A stretch of DNA of 61,868 nt from Candidatus Darwinibacter acetoxidans. Lineage in GTDB: Bacteria > Bacillota > Limnochordia > Darwinibacteriales > Darwinibacteriaceae. The DNA lies in the NCBI GenBank assembly GCA_041936745.1, contig JBHGWS010000135.1, forward strand, positions 1 through 61,868, given 5' to 3'. The notes below the pieces were generated by a model. The model was not told the DNA's origin. It worked only from the letters and a program-made list of their open reading frames with translations, and made no database searches. Shown piece after piece: positions 1 to 10,449 of the stretch. A program made the translations under genes and the position numbers. The stretch's first letter is position 1; every line of letters starts with the position of its first letter.

Positions 1-1053
1 AGGCTGGGCAAGCGCATGCCCTTCATCTTAGGGGGTACCGCAGCCGCGGTGGTTTCCATGCTGCTGCTGCCTATTGCGGATAACTTGGTTAATCTGCCTT
101 TGTTTGTCATCGCCTTGTTGGTTACTTTAGTCGCTATGAGTACATATCGCTCGCCTGCTGTTGCTTTAATGCCCGATGTAACACCAAAACCCCTGCGCTC
201 GAAAGCGAACGGGATCATCAACCTGATGGGTGCTTTGGGCGCCGTGTTTTCCTTGGCTTTGATTGCAATTTTAGTACCTGCTGCGGGGAAACCGGATTAC
301 TTTTCTCTTTTTGCCATCGTGGCAGGCTTAATGGTTGCTGCTGTAGTCGTTTTGTATTTAACAATCGATGAAAGAAAAATTGCCGGTGAAATGGCCGCAG
401 AAGAGGAGGCAGAGGAAAAACCGGCCGCAGGCGGAAAAATGGAACCTGCCCTCAGGCGCAGTTTTATTTTAATCCTGCTGTCGATCTTTTTCTGGTTCAT
501 GTCCTACAATGCGGTTACGACTGCCTTTTCTAAATATGCCCAAGACTTTCTGGGGATGGAAGGGGGCGGGTTTGCCACAACCTTGATGCTGGCCACAATT
601 GCCGCAGTAATCGCTTTTGTCCCTGCCGGGTTTATTGCTTCTAAGATCGGCCGCAAAATAACTATTTTGGGCGGCATTGCCACAATGTTTGTCTCCTTTA
701 CCATCGCCTATTTCTTTACGTCTTACACGCCCTTTTTGAACATACTGTTGGTTTTAATCGGCTTTGGCTGGGCAGCTATTAACGTCAACTCCTACCCCAT
801 GGTGGTAGAAATGGCGAAAGGCGCGGACGTGGGTAAATTTACCGGTTACTACTACACTGCTTCCATGTCGGCTCAAATTGTGACACCGGTCCTTTCCGGC
901 TTTTTTTTGGAATATGTCAATTACCGGACTTTGTTCCCCTACGCGGCAGTTTTCATGGCCATCGCTTTTTATACCATGGCGCAAGTGCAGCACGGTGACA
1001 GCAAGCCGCCGACGCCCGAGGATAAGCTGGAGATGATTAACGCCGGTGATTAG
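1..1053 (+). CDS. MFS transporter (SLC45/maltose-sucrose MFS-like), 5' truncated by window edge
   Basis: Frame is open from base 1 (RLGKRMPFILGG, a typical MFS loop motif); multiple hydrophobic TM segments; second-half loop ASKIGRK. The ORF-track start at 16 is an internal Met. Confidence 0.85.
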   Translation, partial: RLGKRMPFILGGTAAAVVSMLLLPIADNLVNLPLFVIALLVTLVAMSTYRSPAVALMPDVTPKPLRSKANGIINLMGALGAVFSLALIAILVPAAGKPDYFSLFAIVAGLMVAAVVVLYLTIDERKIAGEMAAEEEAEEKPAAGGKMEPALRRSFILILLSIFFWFMSYNAVTTAFSKYAQDFLGMEGGGFATTLMLATIAAVIAFVPAGFIASKIGRKITILGGIATMFVSFTIAYFFTSYTPFLNILLVLIGFGWAAINVNSYPMVVEMAKGADVGKFTGYYYTASMSAQIVTPVLSGFFLEYVNYRTLFPYAAVFMAIAFYTMAQVQHGDSKPPTPEDKLEMINAGD

Positions 1054-1064
1054 GAGATGGTTGG

Positions 1065-1424
1065 ATGTTTTTTGTTGGAATCTTTGGCATCAGGCCCAAA
1101 ACAAAAACAATTGCTGTCAGGCGGGGCGAAATTTGCCCTGCCTGTGGGGCTTTGGATCAGTTTACAGTATTAAAAAGCTATAAGTACTTTCATTTTTTCT
1201 TCATCCCCTTGTGGCGTTGGGACATCCGCTATTTCGGCCAAACCCGCTGCTGCGGGCAAATTGTGAATCTGCCTTCTGAAATGGGTAAGAGGATGGAAAG
1301 GGGGGAGAGAGTCGATTTAAGTGAATTACAAGTAGCGGATACTGTTCAACGCTGCCCAACCTGCTTTACTGCCGTTAAAGATGAATACAACTACTGCCCC
1401 CGCTGTGGGCAAAAACTTTCCTAA
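1065..1424 (+). CDS. Zinc-ribbon domain protein (zinc_ribbon_15-like), 119 aa
   Basis: MFFVGIFGI N-terminus, CPACG, YFHFFFIPLW, terminal CPTC...CPRCG ribbon; GGAG RBS. Confidence 0.7.
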   Translation: MFFVGIFGIRPKTKTIAVRRGEICPACGALDQFTVLKSYKYFHFFFIPLWRWDIRYFGQTRCCGQIVNLPSEMGKRMERGERVDLSELQVADTVQRCPTCFTAVKDEYNYCPRCGQKLS

Positions 1425-1437
1425 GGGGGTTTTTTTA

Positions 1438-2340
1438 ATGCCTTTAGAAAAACTGCAGGAGCCGCAAATAGTGCACGGCTGTATGCGCCTGCACAGCCTG
1501 CCGCCAAAAGAGGCCGCCAGGCTTTTAGAAACCAGCACAGCTTTGGGCATTAATTTTTTCGATCATGCCGATATTTACGGCCGGGGAAAATCAGAAGAAG
1601 TATTTGGGAAAGCTCTAAAGAAGGCGAATCTTCTCAGAGAAGAGGTAGTGATTCAAACTAAATGCGGCATTCGGCCCGGGTTTTATGACTTTTCCAAAAA
1701 ACATATCCTAAATTCGGTTGAAGGAAGTTTAAAAAGGCTGGGAACAGATTACATCGATATTTTACTTTTACACAGGCCCGATACACTAATGGAGCCCGAT
1801 GAAGTGGCGGCGGCCTTTGATAAACTGCAGGGGGAAGGAAAAGTCCGCTATTTCGGAGTCAGCAACCATAATCCGCTGCAGATGGAACTGCTTGGCAGAT
1901 CTGCCAAGCAGAAACTGGCCTTCAACCAGCTTCAGTTTGGCCCGGTGCATACGAGTATGGTTGATGCGGGCATCAATGTAAATTTAATTAATGCCGGCGC
2001 CGTTAATCGAGACGGCGGGGTCTTGGAATACTGCCGCTTGCGGGGAATTACAATTCAGGCTTGGTCCCCTTTCCAACACGGCTTTATTGAAGGTGTCTTT
2101 TTCGCCAACCCGCAGTTTGCCGCTCTTAACGAAAAATTAGAAGAAATCGCCTCGGCAAAAGAGGTCTCCAAAGAGGCCATCGTCACCGCTTGGATCATGC
2201 GCCACCCTGCGGGGATTCAGCCTATCGTGGGGACAACTAATCCTTTAAGGCTTAAAAAAATCAGTCAAGCCTACCTGGTTGAGCTTACGAGGCGGGAATG
2301 GTACGAGATTTATCTTGCCGCGGGTAATGAACTGCCTTAA
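1438..2340 (+). CDS. Aldo/keto reductase (YcsN/YdhF-like)
   Basis: FFDHADIYG, TKCG, LLLHRPD, GVSNH, QAWSP, GTTN motifs; start moved to ATG 1438 behind an AAGGGGG RBS. Confidence 0.88.
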   Translation: MPLEKLQEPQIVHGCMRLHSLPPKEAARLLETSTALGINFFDHADIYGRGKSEEVFGKALKKANLLREEVVIQTKCGIRPGFYDFSKKHILNSVEGSLKRLGTDYIDILLLHRPDTLMEPDEVAAAFDKLQGEGKVRYFGVSNHNPLQMELLGRSAKQKLAFNQLQFGPVHTSMVDAGINVNLINAGAVNRDGGVLEYCRLRGITIQAWSPFQHGFIEGVFFANPQFAALNEKLEEIASAKEVSKEAIVTAWIMRHPAGIQPIVGTTNPLRLKKISQAYLVELTRREWYEIYLAAGNELP

Positions 2341-2403
2341 GTTCAGTAAAAAGAAACAGTAAATGTAACAGCGGAGGCAGAAGTTTCAGAGGAGGGTTTT
2401 TAG

Positions 2404-2946
2404 TTGCGCATTTTGCTGGAGTTAGTCATCACATTTTTTAAGCTGGGCTTATTCACTTTTGGCGGCGGTTACGCCATGCTGCCACTTTTGCAGCGGGAAG
2501 TAGTCGATCAAAAAGGCTGGGCTACAGAAGAAGAGCTGCTGGACTACTACGCCATCGGCCAAAGCACCCCGGGGATTATCGCCGTTAATACGGCAACATT
2601 CATCGGTTTTTTCCAAGCAGGCATTCCGGGTGCTTTTTTGGCCACTTTTGGCCTGGTGCTGCCGTCACTGATCATTATCCTGCTGGTGGCCACCATTTTA
2701 AACCAATACATGGAGCTTGCTCTGCTGCAGCACGCTTTCGGCGGCATCAGGGTAGCCGTGGTTGCTTTGGTTTCTTTTTCCATTTCACGTTTGGCTAAAG
2801 TGGGCGTTGTCGATGCTTTCACCCTTATTTGGACACTGCTTACTTTTCTGGCCATCGCCTTTTTAAATATTTCGCCCCTCCTGGTCGTGCTCGTTTCTTT
2901 CATTTTAGGTAATATAGTGCAAAGAAGGGAGGCGGGGCGGCCGTGA
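2404..2946 (+). CDS. chrA: Short-chain chromate ion transporter (CHR) family, subunit 1
   Basis: FGGGYAML and QSTPG signature; 4-bp overlap with partner gene. Confidence 0.85.
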   Translation: MRILLELVITFFKLGLFTFGGGYAMLPLLQREVVDQKGWATEEELLDYYAIGQSTPGIIAVNTATFIGFFQAGIPGAFLATFGLVLPSLIIILLVATILNQYMELALLQHAFGGIRVAVVALVSFSISRLAKVGVVDAFTLIWTLLTFLAIAFLNISPLLVVLVSFILGNIVQRREAGRP

Positions 2947-3509
2947 TACTGCTTGTTTTATTCAAAGAATTTTTCAAAACGGGCCTTTTTTCCGTCGGCG
3001 GCGGCCTTGCCACACTGCCTTTTTTAAGGGAAATGACTCAGCGTTACGACTGGTTTAGCATGAAAGATTTAATGGACATGATCGCCATTTCCGAAAGCAC
3101 CCCCGGGCCCATCGGCGTCAACATGTCTACCTTTGCCGGCTACAATGCCGCGGGGGTCTTAGGTGGGATAACAGCGACGTTATCTTTGGTTTTCCCCTCG
3201 ATTTTAGTGATTATTGCCATTGCTTATTTTATGCAGCGCTTTCAAAGCTCACTCGCTGTCCAAAGGGGTTTTTACGCTCTGCGGGCGGCCACGGCCGGGC
3301 TGATTGCAGGTGCAATGTTTGAAGTGGTGGTCTTATCCCTGTTCAATGTCGACCTCTTCCGGCAGACGGGCCGGCTTTTAAGCTTTTTCCGCCTGCCCGC
3401 CTTACTCTTATTTGGCCTTTTAATAATTTTGATCAAAAGGTTCCCTAAAGTTCATCCCATCGCCTTCATTTTAGGCAGTGCCGTTATCGGCATAATCTTT
3501 AAACTGTAA
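2943..3509 (+). CDS. chrA: Short-chain chromate ion transporter (CHR) family, subunit 2
   Basis: SVGGGLATL and ESTPGPIGVN signature. Confidence 0.85.
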   Translation: MILLVLFKEFFKTGLFSVGGGLATLPFLREMTQRYDWFSMKDLMDMIAISESTPGPIGVNMSTFAGYNAAGVLGGITATLSLVFPSILVIIAIAYFMQRFQSSLAVQRGFYALRAATAGLIAGAMFEVVVLSLFNVDLFRQTGRLLSFFRLPALLLFGLLIILIKRFPKVHPIAFILGSAVIGIIFKL

Positions 3510-3536
3510 AAAACCCGGGCCTGCCCCGGGCTTTTT
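3508..3536. terminator. Bidirectional intrinsic terminator
   Basis: AAAAAA-CCCGGG-cctgc-CCCGGG-cTTTTT between convergent genes. Confidence 0.75.
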
Positions 3537-5403
3537 ACTGCAGCCTGAAACGCCGCACCATCTCTTCCAGCCTGTCAGCCAGATTATTCAACTCCTGCGC
3601 CGAACCGCCGATATGCTGTAAAACGGCTGCTTGTTCTTCCGTCATCGCCGCTGTGGCTTGGCTGCCTTCGTTTAGGGCCGCAATACCCCTAATGATGTTT
3701 TGGATATTAGCCGCCAGCTCTGCGATAGCCGTTAAGGCTTGGCGTAAAGTAGTGCTGCTGGCCTCTACCACATCCGCCGTGGTTTGGGATTTAGCAGCGG
3801 TCTTGCTCATTTTCGCTAGGGCGGCTTCGGTCGCTTCTTTTATTTCAGCCAGGGATGCGGCAATACTCAACGTGGCTTCTTGCGACTGATCGGATAGGGC
3901 CCTGATTTCCTGTGCCACCACGGCAAAGCCTCTGCCTTCTTCACCGGCGCGGGCCGCTTCAATGGATGCATTCAGAGCCAGGAGATTTGTTTGGTCGGCA
4001 ATTTCCGTAATTAAACCGATGATCCTTTCAATCTCCGCCGAACCGGCCGCCAGCCGGTTCAGCAGCGAAGCTAAATTTTCTAGATCGAGCCGCAGCTCCT
4101 GTGTGTGGGCAATGGTCGCCTCTAAGGCGCCTTCGCCGGCCCTAACCTGCTTGGAGATGCCGTCAGCGGCTCGAGACATTGCCTGCGCTTCGTTATTCAT
4201 ACTGTCCGCGGTGGCCGCAAATTCCACCGCGGTTTGGGCAACTTCGCCCAAAGAGGCATCCGACTCCTGGATGCTGGCGGAAAGTTCCTGGGAGTGGCTC
4301 TGTACTGCATTAACGGAGAGCTGGATCCCGCCAATGAGATCCCGCAGGGCTGTAATCATGGCGGCGAAAGCTCGGCCTAAAGCCCCGATCTCATCCCGCC
4401 GCTCAATTTCTATACTGCTCCTCAAATCACCGTCTGCCGCCGCTTCTGCCTGTTCTTTTAAGGCAGTAATCGGCTGGGCAAGGACGTTGGCCCAAAAAAC
4501 CGCTAAAACTACGCCCACAATTAACGCCCCGATTAAAGTGGGTATAAAGCGGTTGCGAAGAGCCGTTAAATCAGCTAAAACCGCTTTTGTTTCTGCTATG
4601 GCGGCTACAGACCAGCCGGTGAGGCTTACGGGGGCATATGCCGCGGTCATTTCTCTGCCTGCCTGTAAAAAAGTTTCCGTTTCATTTTTGCCTGCACTCA
4701 TATTAACGGCGATTTTTGCCAGCCCGGGGCTGCTTTTCACCAGCTGATCCGTGCCGACGTATTCATTATTGGGGTGGGCGACGGTGAGATGGTTTTTGTC
4801 GATGATCCAACCGTGGCCGTGCCCGTTGATCCGGGTGTTTTCTACTAAATCGTTGATATAAGCGAGCTTGAGGTTGGCGCCCAAAACGCCGACCGGGGAT
4901 TTGCCGTCATAGCCCATAATCGGCCGGGCCAGTTGGATAATAAGTTTTTCGCTTGTGGGGCTGAATAGGGGGTCGGAAAAGGCACTTGCCCCAACTTCCA
5001 AGACGGTGTGAAAGTGGTTTGAATCACCAAGAAAGAAATTATTTCCCTCAACCGTGCGGGCATTTCCCATCAGGTCAGCGACAAAAATGGTTTCATAGTC
5101 AGGGTGGTCTGCCAGGATGCCTTCCAATATGGGTTTTTGTTCCTCCCAAACCATTCCCTTAATCCCAGTTGCCCCTGAGACGGCATCGAGCTCTCTGCCG
5201 GCCGCGGCAAGCCAGTTAGTTATAATTTCCGCATTCTGCCGGGCACTCAGCTTACCGGCATTTTCCAGGGCTGCCCGCATGATGTTTCTGGCAGCGAAAT
5301 ACGAGGTTATCATAGTAGCTGTAACGACAATAAAAATAATCGTGCTGACGCCCAAAATTAATTGAGTCCTTAATTTAAAGGTCCGTGAATGCCCTTTTTT
5401 CAT
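3535..5403 (-). CDS. Methyl-accepting chemotaxis protein (TM-dCache-TM-HAMP-MA)
   Basis: [34 protein letters not shown] signalling hairpin; HAMP ([10 protein letters not shown]); Cache motif [12 protein letters not shown]; start set at ATG 5403 behind a GAGGTG RBS. Confidence 0.93.
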   Translation of the reverse strand: MKKGHSRTFKLRTQLILGVSTIIFIVVTATMITSYFAARNIMRAALENAGKLSARQNAEIITNWLAAAGRELDAVSGATGIKGMVWEEQKPILEGILADHPDYETIFVADLMGNARTVEGNNFFLGDSNHFHTVLEVGASAFSDPLFSPTSEKLIIQLARPIMGYDGKSPVGVLGANLKLAYINDLVENTRINGHGHGWIIDKNHLTVAHPNNEYVGTDQLVKSSPGLAKIAVNMSAGKNETETFLQAGREMTAAYAPVSLTGWSVAAIAETKAVLADLTALRNRFIPTLIGALIVGVVLAVFWANVLAQPITALKEQAEAAADGDLRSSIEIERRDEIGALGRAFAAMITALRDLIGGIQLSVNAVQSHSQELSASIQESDASLGEVAQTAVEFAATADSMNNEAQAMSRAADGISKQVRAGEGALEATIAHTQELRLDLENLASLLNRLAAGSAEIERIIGLITEIADQTNLLALNASIEAARAGEEGRGFAVVAQEIRALSDQSQEATLSIAASLAEIKEATEAALAKMSKTAAKSQTTADVVEASSTTLRQALTAIAELAANIQNIIRGIAALNEGSQATAAMTEEQAAVLQHIGGSAQELNNLADRLEEMVRRFRLQ

Positions 5404-5444
5404 AATCCACCTCGTCTTAATAGCAAAAGTTACCAACACAGAAA

Positions 5445-5473
5445 AGTATACCAGAAAAAGCCTTTCGCCTCAA
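5445..5473 (-). promoter_or_regulatory. Putative sigmaA promoter of the MCP gene
   Basis: TTGAGG-17 bp-TATACT with TG extended -10 on the minus strand. Confidence 0.55.
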
Positions 5474-5534
5474 GGGATTTTGCAGCGGCATGTCGAAGAA
5501 TTATTACCAGGTTGATACGGAAAGGAATGAGGTA

Positions 5535-7004
5535 ATGCTGGAAATAGGAGCGGTAGTTTATAAGCCGGAAAACAAGGGAGATTTAGTGATTTTTGTAACG
5601 GAAGAAAACATTTCGCAAATTGAGTGGCCCGCGGCTGAAGTGGGGGATCTTATCTCAGAAAGCGGGCTGGAGGGTAAATTCGGCGAGGCCGTTTCTTTTA
5701 GTTTTTTGCAGGCCGGCAGGCTGCGCCGCCTCATTGTGGCGGGGCTGGGTAAAACGGAAGATCTGGACTTGGAAAAGTTCCGCAAAGCCTGCGGCAGGGC
5801 CTTAAAAGAAGCGGAAAAGCTGAAGATTAAAGAACTGACGGCGGGGCCTTGGCAGGAAGAATTACCGGCGGCGGGGGATGTTGCCCGTGCGCTGGCGGAA
5901 GCGGCGGTTTTAGGCAGTTACCGCTTCGACCGCCATTTGTCAAAACCAAACGATGAATGTTTAAAGTCCTTTAAGATCGGGTATCTTTCGGAACGAAAAG
6001 ATGAGGTTTTAGAAGGGGCCGGCCTCGGTGAAATTTTAGGCGGCGCTACCTGCTTGGCGAGGGATTTGGTCAACGAACCGGCTAATCTTATGACGCCTGC
6101 CCAATTGGCCAAAGAGGCGGAGCGGGCAGGAGAAAAGTACGGCTTTGCCGTGGAAGTGCTGGAGGAAGAAGCAATTGAAAATTTAAAAATGGAAGCATTT
6201 CTGCAGGTGGCAAGGGCAAGTACCAACCGGCCCCGCTTGATTATCATGCGTTACTTTGGCGACGGGGAAAACAGCGAAGATATTTTAGGCTTTGTGGGCA
6301 AAGGGATTACCTTTGACAGCGGCGGGCTTTCTCTTAAACCGGGGACAAGCTTGCCTACCATGAAATATGATATGGGTGGTTCTGCCGCGGTAATCGGCGC
6401 CATGAGTGCCATTGCCCAGCGTAAACTGCCCTTAAATGTAGTTGCCGTGGTGGCGGCCTGTGAAAACCTGATTTCCGGTGCGGGTTACCGGCCCGGTGAT
6501 GTTATAGGCTCAATGGCGGGAAAAAGCATTTTGATTAATTCAACGGATGCGGAAGGCCGTTTGACTTTGGCCGACGCGGTGCACTACATTATTGCGGAAG
6601 AAAAAGTCACCGCGGTGGTAGATGTGGCCACCTTGACAGGTGCTGCCATAGTAGCTTTAGGCAACACTACCACGGGGGTTTTAACGAACGACGATGCTTT
6701 ATACAAAAAGCTGCAGGCGGCCTCGGAAAAATCCGGAGAACGAGTCTGGCAGCTGCCCAGCTTCCCGGAATACAGAGAGTTGAACAAAACACCTCTCGCC
6801 GATCTGGCAAATACGGGCGGCAGGGCCGCAGGTACTATTACCGCCGGCCTTTTCATCGAAGAGTTCGTCCAGGAAACACCGTGGCTTCACTTAGATATCG
6901 CCGGCACTGCCTATACGAGCAAGAATTTGGATTACACGGTTGAAGGCGCTACGGGGGTAGGGGTCCGCCTTTTATACCATTTGGCAGAAGACTTTGTAAA
7001 ATAG
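5535..7004 (+). CDS. pepA: Leucyl aminopeptidase (M17)
   Basis: GKGITFDSGG, MKYDMGG, STDAEGRL, WLHLDIAGT motifs; ATG 5535 follows a GAGG RBS. Confidence 0.95.
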   Translation: MLEIGAVVYKPENKGDLVIFVTEENISQIEWPAAEVGDLISESGLEGKFGEAVSFSFLQAGRLRRLIVAGLGKTEDLDLEKFRKACGRALKEAEKLKIKELTAGPWQEELPAAGDVARALAEAAVLGSYRFDRHLSKPNDECLKSFKIGYLSERKDEVLEGAGLGEILGGATCLARDLVNEPANLMTPAQLAKEAERAGEKYGFAVEVLEEEAIENLKMEAFLQVARASTNRPRLIIMRYFGDGENSEDILGFVGKGITFDSGGLSLKPGTSLPTMKYDMGGSAAVIGAMSAIAQRKLPLNVVAVVAACENLISGAGYRPGDVIGSMAGKSILINSTDAEGRLTLADAVHYIIAEEKVTAVVDVATLTGAAIVALGNTTTGVLTNDDALYKKLQAASEKSGERVWQLPSFPEYRELNKTPLADLANTGGRAAGTITAGLFIEEFVQETPWLHLDIAGTAYTSKNLDYTVEGATGVGVRLLYHLAEDFVK

Positions 7005-7058
7005 AGGGGCAGCGGGGGTTAGCAAAAAAAGCGGTTCCAAAGCCGGGGGGGCGGAACA

Positions 7059-9506
7059 TTGAAAGGTACTTCTTTGGTTTTAAGCGTGCTTTTGATTTGC
7101 TTTTTAATCTCGGCCGGGGCTTCGAGTGCCCCGCGCAGGCGGGTGATAGCCGGCGACGGCTACCAATACCCCCCCTTTGCCTTTTATGGGGAAGACGGGC
7201 AGCCCGCAGGGTTTAATATCGAATTGGCGAGGGCGGTAGGGGATGCTTTAGGCTGGGAAATTGAAATCAGCCTGGCTCCCTGGCCGGAAACCATGGAGCG
7301 TTTTTCCCGCGGTGAAATTGATTTTATCAGCGGCATGTTTTATACGCCCAAGCGGGGGGAGGAATACGGTTTTACAACCCGTCACTCTGTGGCCAGCGGC
7401 GATATTTTCAGCCGCAAAGGCATGGCAGTTGGCAGTGTGGCGGATCTGGGTGGGCAGGCGGTTGCGGTGCAAAACGACGACATTGTTTACCACTACCTGC
7501 GGGAGCTGGATTTAAACATCGATTTTGTAATGGTGCCCGGTATCAGTGAGGCCCTCCATCTGCTGGCTTTGGGCGAGGCCGATTACGCCGCCGTGGTTAC
7601 AATTCCGGCCCACTACGCCATAGAGCGGGAAAAGCTGGCAAACGTGCAGGCTAACGGCCTGCACCTGGCTCCTTTTGACTACAGTTTCATTGTACCACGG
7701 GAGGAGAAAGCCCTCTTAGCGGAATTGGAAAGGGGCTTACGCCAAGTTAAATCCTCAAACAGATACGACGAGCTGTACAATAAATGGTTAGGGCCTTACG
7801 AGAAACCGCCGAACGTTGGCGAAAGGCCCCGCCATTTGCTTTTAACAGCCGTTTTGGGCACGGCCGCCCTGGTCAGCCTGATTTGGGCTTTCGCCCTTAG
7901 GCGCATAGTCCGGCTGAAGACGGCTGATCTGAGCAGGGCCAATAATCGGCTGCTTAAAAGCCAGGAAAACTTGCATCACGCTAATGAAGAACTACAAGCG
8001 GCCGTAGAACAATTAACGGCTACGACAGATGAATTGGCGGAACAGTACAGAAAACTGCAGGATGTAGAAGGCCAGCTGTCGGAAGAAAAAGATCTGCTGC
8101 GGACAACACTGCTTTCGGTAGGCGTCGGTGTGATCGTCACAGATGCCTTTGCTCAAGTTGTGATGATTAACCCGGTGGCGGAAAAACTCACCGGTTGGCT
8201 GGAAGGTTCCGCCATCGGCCGCTACTATTACGAGATCTTTCCCGGCAAGCATGCTGACTTAGCCGAACAGGTAATGTATACGGAGAAAACTTTAGAGATA
8301 GGCCAACAGCGTTTGGCTTCCAAAACGGGCTCTTCCGCTGTCGTAACAACCACAGCCGCTGCCATTTTGGATCGGGGTGGCGCTGTGCGCGGTGCTGTAA
8401 TTGTGTTTCGGGACGTCTCGGACGCGGTGCGGCACCGCAGTGAAATTGAGTACCTCAGCTACCATGATCACCTCACGGGGGTTTTTAACCGCCGGGCGTT
8501 TTCCAGAGAGATGGAACGCTTTGATCAGCAAAGCTACCTGCCTTTAAGCATTATCGTAGCTGACGTGAACGGCCTTAAACTGGCTAATGACGCCTTCGGC
8601 CACGCGGTGGGCGATCAGCTGTTAATCAGGATTGCCCAGATTCTCAAGTCGGCCATAGGCGAGCGGGGGATTATAGCGCGCTTGGGGGGCGACGAATTTG
8701 CCTGCCTGCTGCCTAACACGGCCTTAGCTGAAGCGTCGGGTTTAGTGGCGGAAATTGAAAAAATGGTGAAAGAAGAGATAGTACATTCAATTCAACTTTC
8801 GGTTTCTCTAGGCGTTGGTGTGAAAGAAAAGGCGTCTCAGAATATGACGGATGTCTTTAATGCCGCGGAAGAGCGCATGTACTCGCAAAAAATCTTAACC
8901 AGTCCCGAACAGGACATGGTCGATTTTATCATCAACACCTTGTTTGAAAAAAGCAAAGGGGAAAAAGAGCATTCTTACCGGGTGGCCAAGCTCAGCCAAG
9001 CCGTAGGTGAAGCTTTAGGTTTACCAGCGGAAAAGGCCGCTGATCTATACACTACCGGTTTAATGCACGATATCGGCAAGGTTGCCATCGACGAGCGCAT
9101 TCTGCATAAAGAGGAACCCTTGAGTGAAAAAGAAAAGCGGGAAATTATGAGGCATCCCGAATTAGGCTACCGCATCCTGCGGGGGGCTAAAAACATGGAT
9201 CAGACGGCCTGGCATGTCTTAGCCCATCATGAACACTTTGACGGCACCGGTTTCCCGAAAGGGCTTCGGGGCAAGGAAATACCGCTGCAGGCCAGGATTA
9301 TCGCCGTAGTTGATGCTTATGACGATTTGACTACCGGCAAAGCGAAATTAAGCCCGGCTGAAGCCGCCCGTAAACTTGCGGCTTGGGCGGGCAAAAGGCT
9401 CGATCCTCAAATAGTAGCAGTATTTCTGAACAAGGTTTTACCGCAGTCGGCTGCGATTATAGAAAAGGTGGATGAAACGGTTGGTGAAAACGACGATTTG
9501 GCGTAA
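7059..9506 (+). CDS. Membrane signalling protein: family-3 solute-binding domain, TM, coiled coil, PAS, GGDEF, HD-GYP-like
   Basis: Signal/TM segment, YPPF...G...GFNIELA (PBPb), YHDHLTG, RLGGDEF, MHDIGK...HHEHFDGTGFP. Confidence 0.9.
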   Translation: MKGTSLVLSVLLICFLISAGASSAPRRRVIAGDGYQYPPFAFYGEDGQPAGFNIELARAVGDALGWEIEISLAPWPETMERFSRGEIDFISGMFYTPKRGEEYGFTTRHSVASGDIFSRKGMAVGSVADLGGQAVAVQNDDIVYHYLRELDLNIDFVMVPGISEALHLLALGEADYAAVVTIPAHYAIEREKLANVQANGLHLAPFDYSFIVPREEKALLAELERGLRQVKSSNRYDELYNKWLGPYEKPPNVGERPRHLLLTAVLGTAALVSLIWAFALRRIVRLKTADLSRANNRLLKSQENLHHANEELQAAVEQLTATTDELAEQYRKLQDVEGQLSEEKDLLRTTLLSVGVGVIVTDAFAQVVMINPVAEKLTGWLEGSAIGRYYYEIFPGKHADLAEQVMYTEKTLEIGQQRLASKTGSSAVVTTTAAAILDRGGAVRGAVIVFRDVSDAVRHRSEIEYLSYHDHLTGVFNRRAFSREMERFDQQSYLPLSIIVADVNGLKLANDAFGHAVGDQLLIRIAQILKSAIGERGIIARLGGDEFACLLPNTALAEASGLVAEIEKMVKEEIVHSIQLSVSLGVGVKEKASQNMTDVFNAAEERMYSQKILTSPEQDMVDFIINTLFEKSKGEKEHSYRVAKLSQAVGEALGLPAEKAADLYTTGLMHDIGKVAIDERILHKEEPLSEKEKREIMRHPELGYRILRGAKNMDQTAWHVLAHHEHFDGTGFPKGLRGKEIPLQARIIAVVDAYDDLTTGKAKLSPAEAARKLAAWAGKRLDPQIVAVFLNKVLPQSAAIIEKVDETVGENDDLA

Positions 9507-10449
9507 TAAATATTTTGTTGCTTTCATGGCAGTTATTGCCTGTATTTTATGGGGAAGTGCTTTCCCGGTCTTAAAAGTGACCTACGAAGAACTGCAGTTG
9601 GCGGGGGAGGATCAAGCAAGCCGGCTTTTACTGGCGGGTATGCGCTTTTTCTCAGCCGCCGTTTTATTATTCATTTTTGCTAAATTCGCCCTGAAATTAA
9701 GCTGGCGGGTAAAAAAAGAAATGATCCTGCCTTTAATTTTATTGGGCCTGGGGCAGACGGGCCTGCAGTATTACTTTTTCTACAACGGCTTAGCTTACAC
9801 AGGCGGGATCAAGGCGGCAATTATCAATTCCGCCGGTAATTTTTTAGTCGTTATCTTTGCCCATTTTTTATACGCCGACGACAAACTCTCTTTTGGCAAA
9901 GCAATTGGCCTTTTGACGGGGATTGCGGGGATCGTGTTCGTTAATTGGGAGTCGGGCCCGGGCGGCATCAGTTGGGATTTCAGTTTCAGGGGAGAAGGCT
10001 TTTTACTGCTTTCCGGTTTCGCCAGTGTTTTTGGCACCTTTCAGGCCAAGAGGCTGTCGCAGAAACTACAGCCAATTTTAATCAACGCTTACCAGCTCTT
10101 ATTCGGCTCCCTGCTTTTACTTTTGACAGCCGCTCCCGGTTATCATTCGGGCCAGTTGGCAACCACTCCCCTTTTTTGGGGCCTCTTAATCTACTCGGCT
10201 TTTTTATCGGCGGTAGCCTTTTCAATCTGGTACACTCTCCTGCGTTACAACAAAGCGGGGGAGATAACTTTATACCGCTTTTTAATCCCCGTTTCCGGGG
10301 CAATCCTCTCGGCATTCTTTTTGCCCGCTGAACATTTTACACCGGCTGTTTTCCTCGCTCTGTTTTTAGTAGCCTTAGGCCTTGTGGTGGTAAATTACTT
10401 AAACAGCCGGACACAAAAAGAAAGGATGGAAAGCAGTGAAAGTTATTGA
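9472..10449 (+). CDS. DMT/EamA family transporter
   Basis: About 10 TM segments; LWGSAF and MRF motifs; two-repeat EamA layout. Confidence 0.88.
   Translation: MKRLVKTTIWRNKYFVAFMAVIACILWGSAFPVLKVTYEELQLAGEDQASRLLLAGMRFFSAAVLLFIFAKFALKLSWRVKKEMILPLILLGLGQTGLQYYFFYNGLAYTGGIKAAIINSAGNFLVVIFAHFLYADDKLSFGKAIGLLTGIAGIVFVNWESGPGGISWDFSFRGEGFLLLSGFASVFGTFQAKRLSQKLQPILINAYQLLFGSLLLLLTAAPGYHSGQLATTPLFWGLLIYSAFLSAVAFSIWYTLLRYNKAGEITLYRFLIPVSGAILSAFFLPAEHFTPAVFLALFLVALGLVVVNYLNSRTQKERMESSESY

Noticed and set aside
3962-4747. 261-aa plus-strand ORF and many other long antisense ORFs (e.g. 35825-36595, 23429-24022, 19021-19497)
   Set aside because: They lie wholly opposite well-supported genes, lack RBSs and family motifs, and have the Ser/Ala/Pro-rich composition of shadow ORFs.
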